Shown here: piece after piece, positions 63,523 through 64,000 of the stretch
Numbering within the stretch: the first letter of the stretch is position 1
Layout: the number at the start of each line of letters is the position of its first letter
NCBI GenBank assembly: GCA_036785375.1
Contig: JAWMAR010000240.1
Location: 1,302,001 to 1,366,000, forward strand
Length of the DNA: 64,000 nt
DNA from: Leucoraja ocellata
Taxonomy: Eukaryota
Direction: 5' to 3'
Made by a program: the position numbers and the translations under genes
The notes under the pieces: generated by a model
What the model saw: only the letters and a program-made list of their open reading frames with translations
Databases searched by the model: none
Told to the model about the DNA's origin: nothing

Positions 63523-64000
63523 TCATGTTATTAGTTCAAGCACAGAAACTTTGTTTCCTCTTCATTTTCTGTCAAGGGAAGTGAATAAATAGTTGAAAAA
63601 GAACAAGAGTGTGGGAGAGGTATAAGGGCTGTGAGCACAGTGATATCCTCTTGTGCCCAAAAATTAAATTGTCATTTGCATGCATGTGGTTTACCTATTC
63701 AAAATGTTTAAGTCACACGAGTTTAGGAAATTAAAATTGGACTTAAAAATGTAGGAAGGAACTGCAGATGCTGGTTGAAACCAAAGATAGACACAAAATG
63801 CTGGAGTAACTCAGCGGGTCATACAGCATGTTTGGAAAGAAGGAATAGGTGAAGTTTCGGTTTGAGACCTTCATCACGTGCTGCAATATATACTCGGCAG
63901 CGCACCAATGCATCAAACAGAGGTTAGATTGCCAATGCACAGTAGCGTCAGGGTTGGAGGACTTGCCAATCAAATGCAAAAACATAATCCTGCGTTTGTC

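Overview
Eukaryotic, repeat-dense, apparently non-genic DNA. It is most likely from a cartilaginous fish (skate or ray); this is inferred from HE1-type SINEs, HER1/CR1 LINEs and shark-type Penelope fragments. I recognise no intact host protein-coding gene. The recognisable ORFs are transposon remnants: CR1, Rex1/Babar, RTE, L1/Tx1, a 3 kb Hero-clade REL retrotransposon, Gypsy gag, Penelope, Harbinger MITEs, a Tigger-like MITE and a Helitron. The repeat catalogue leaves four structures unexplained. (1) A large diverged inverted duplication (32280-37297 vs 46024-48219) lines up with a 590 bp hairpin at 45056-45643, suggesting one ~2.9 kb-arm fold-back palindrome whose left arm was split by a 7.8 kb block. 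(2) A circularly permuted, internally inverted Gypsy fragment resembles a re-integrated autointegration circle. (3) Minimal hammerhead-ribozyme cores occur in abundant palindromic Penelope-derived repeats. (4) An unidentified exon-like ORF sits inside a Harbinger-type TIR element. Coordinates were read by eye and boundaries of old repeats are approximate.
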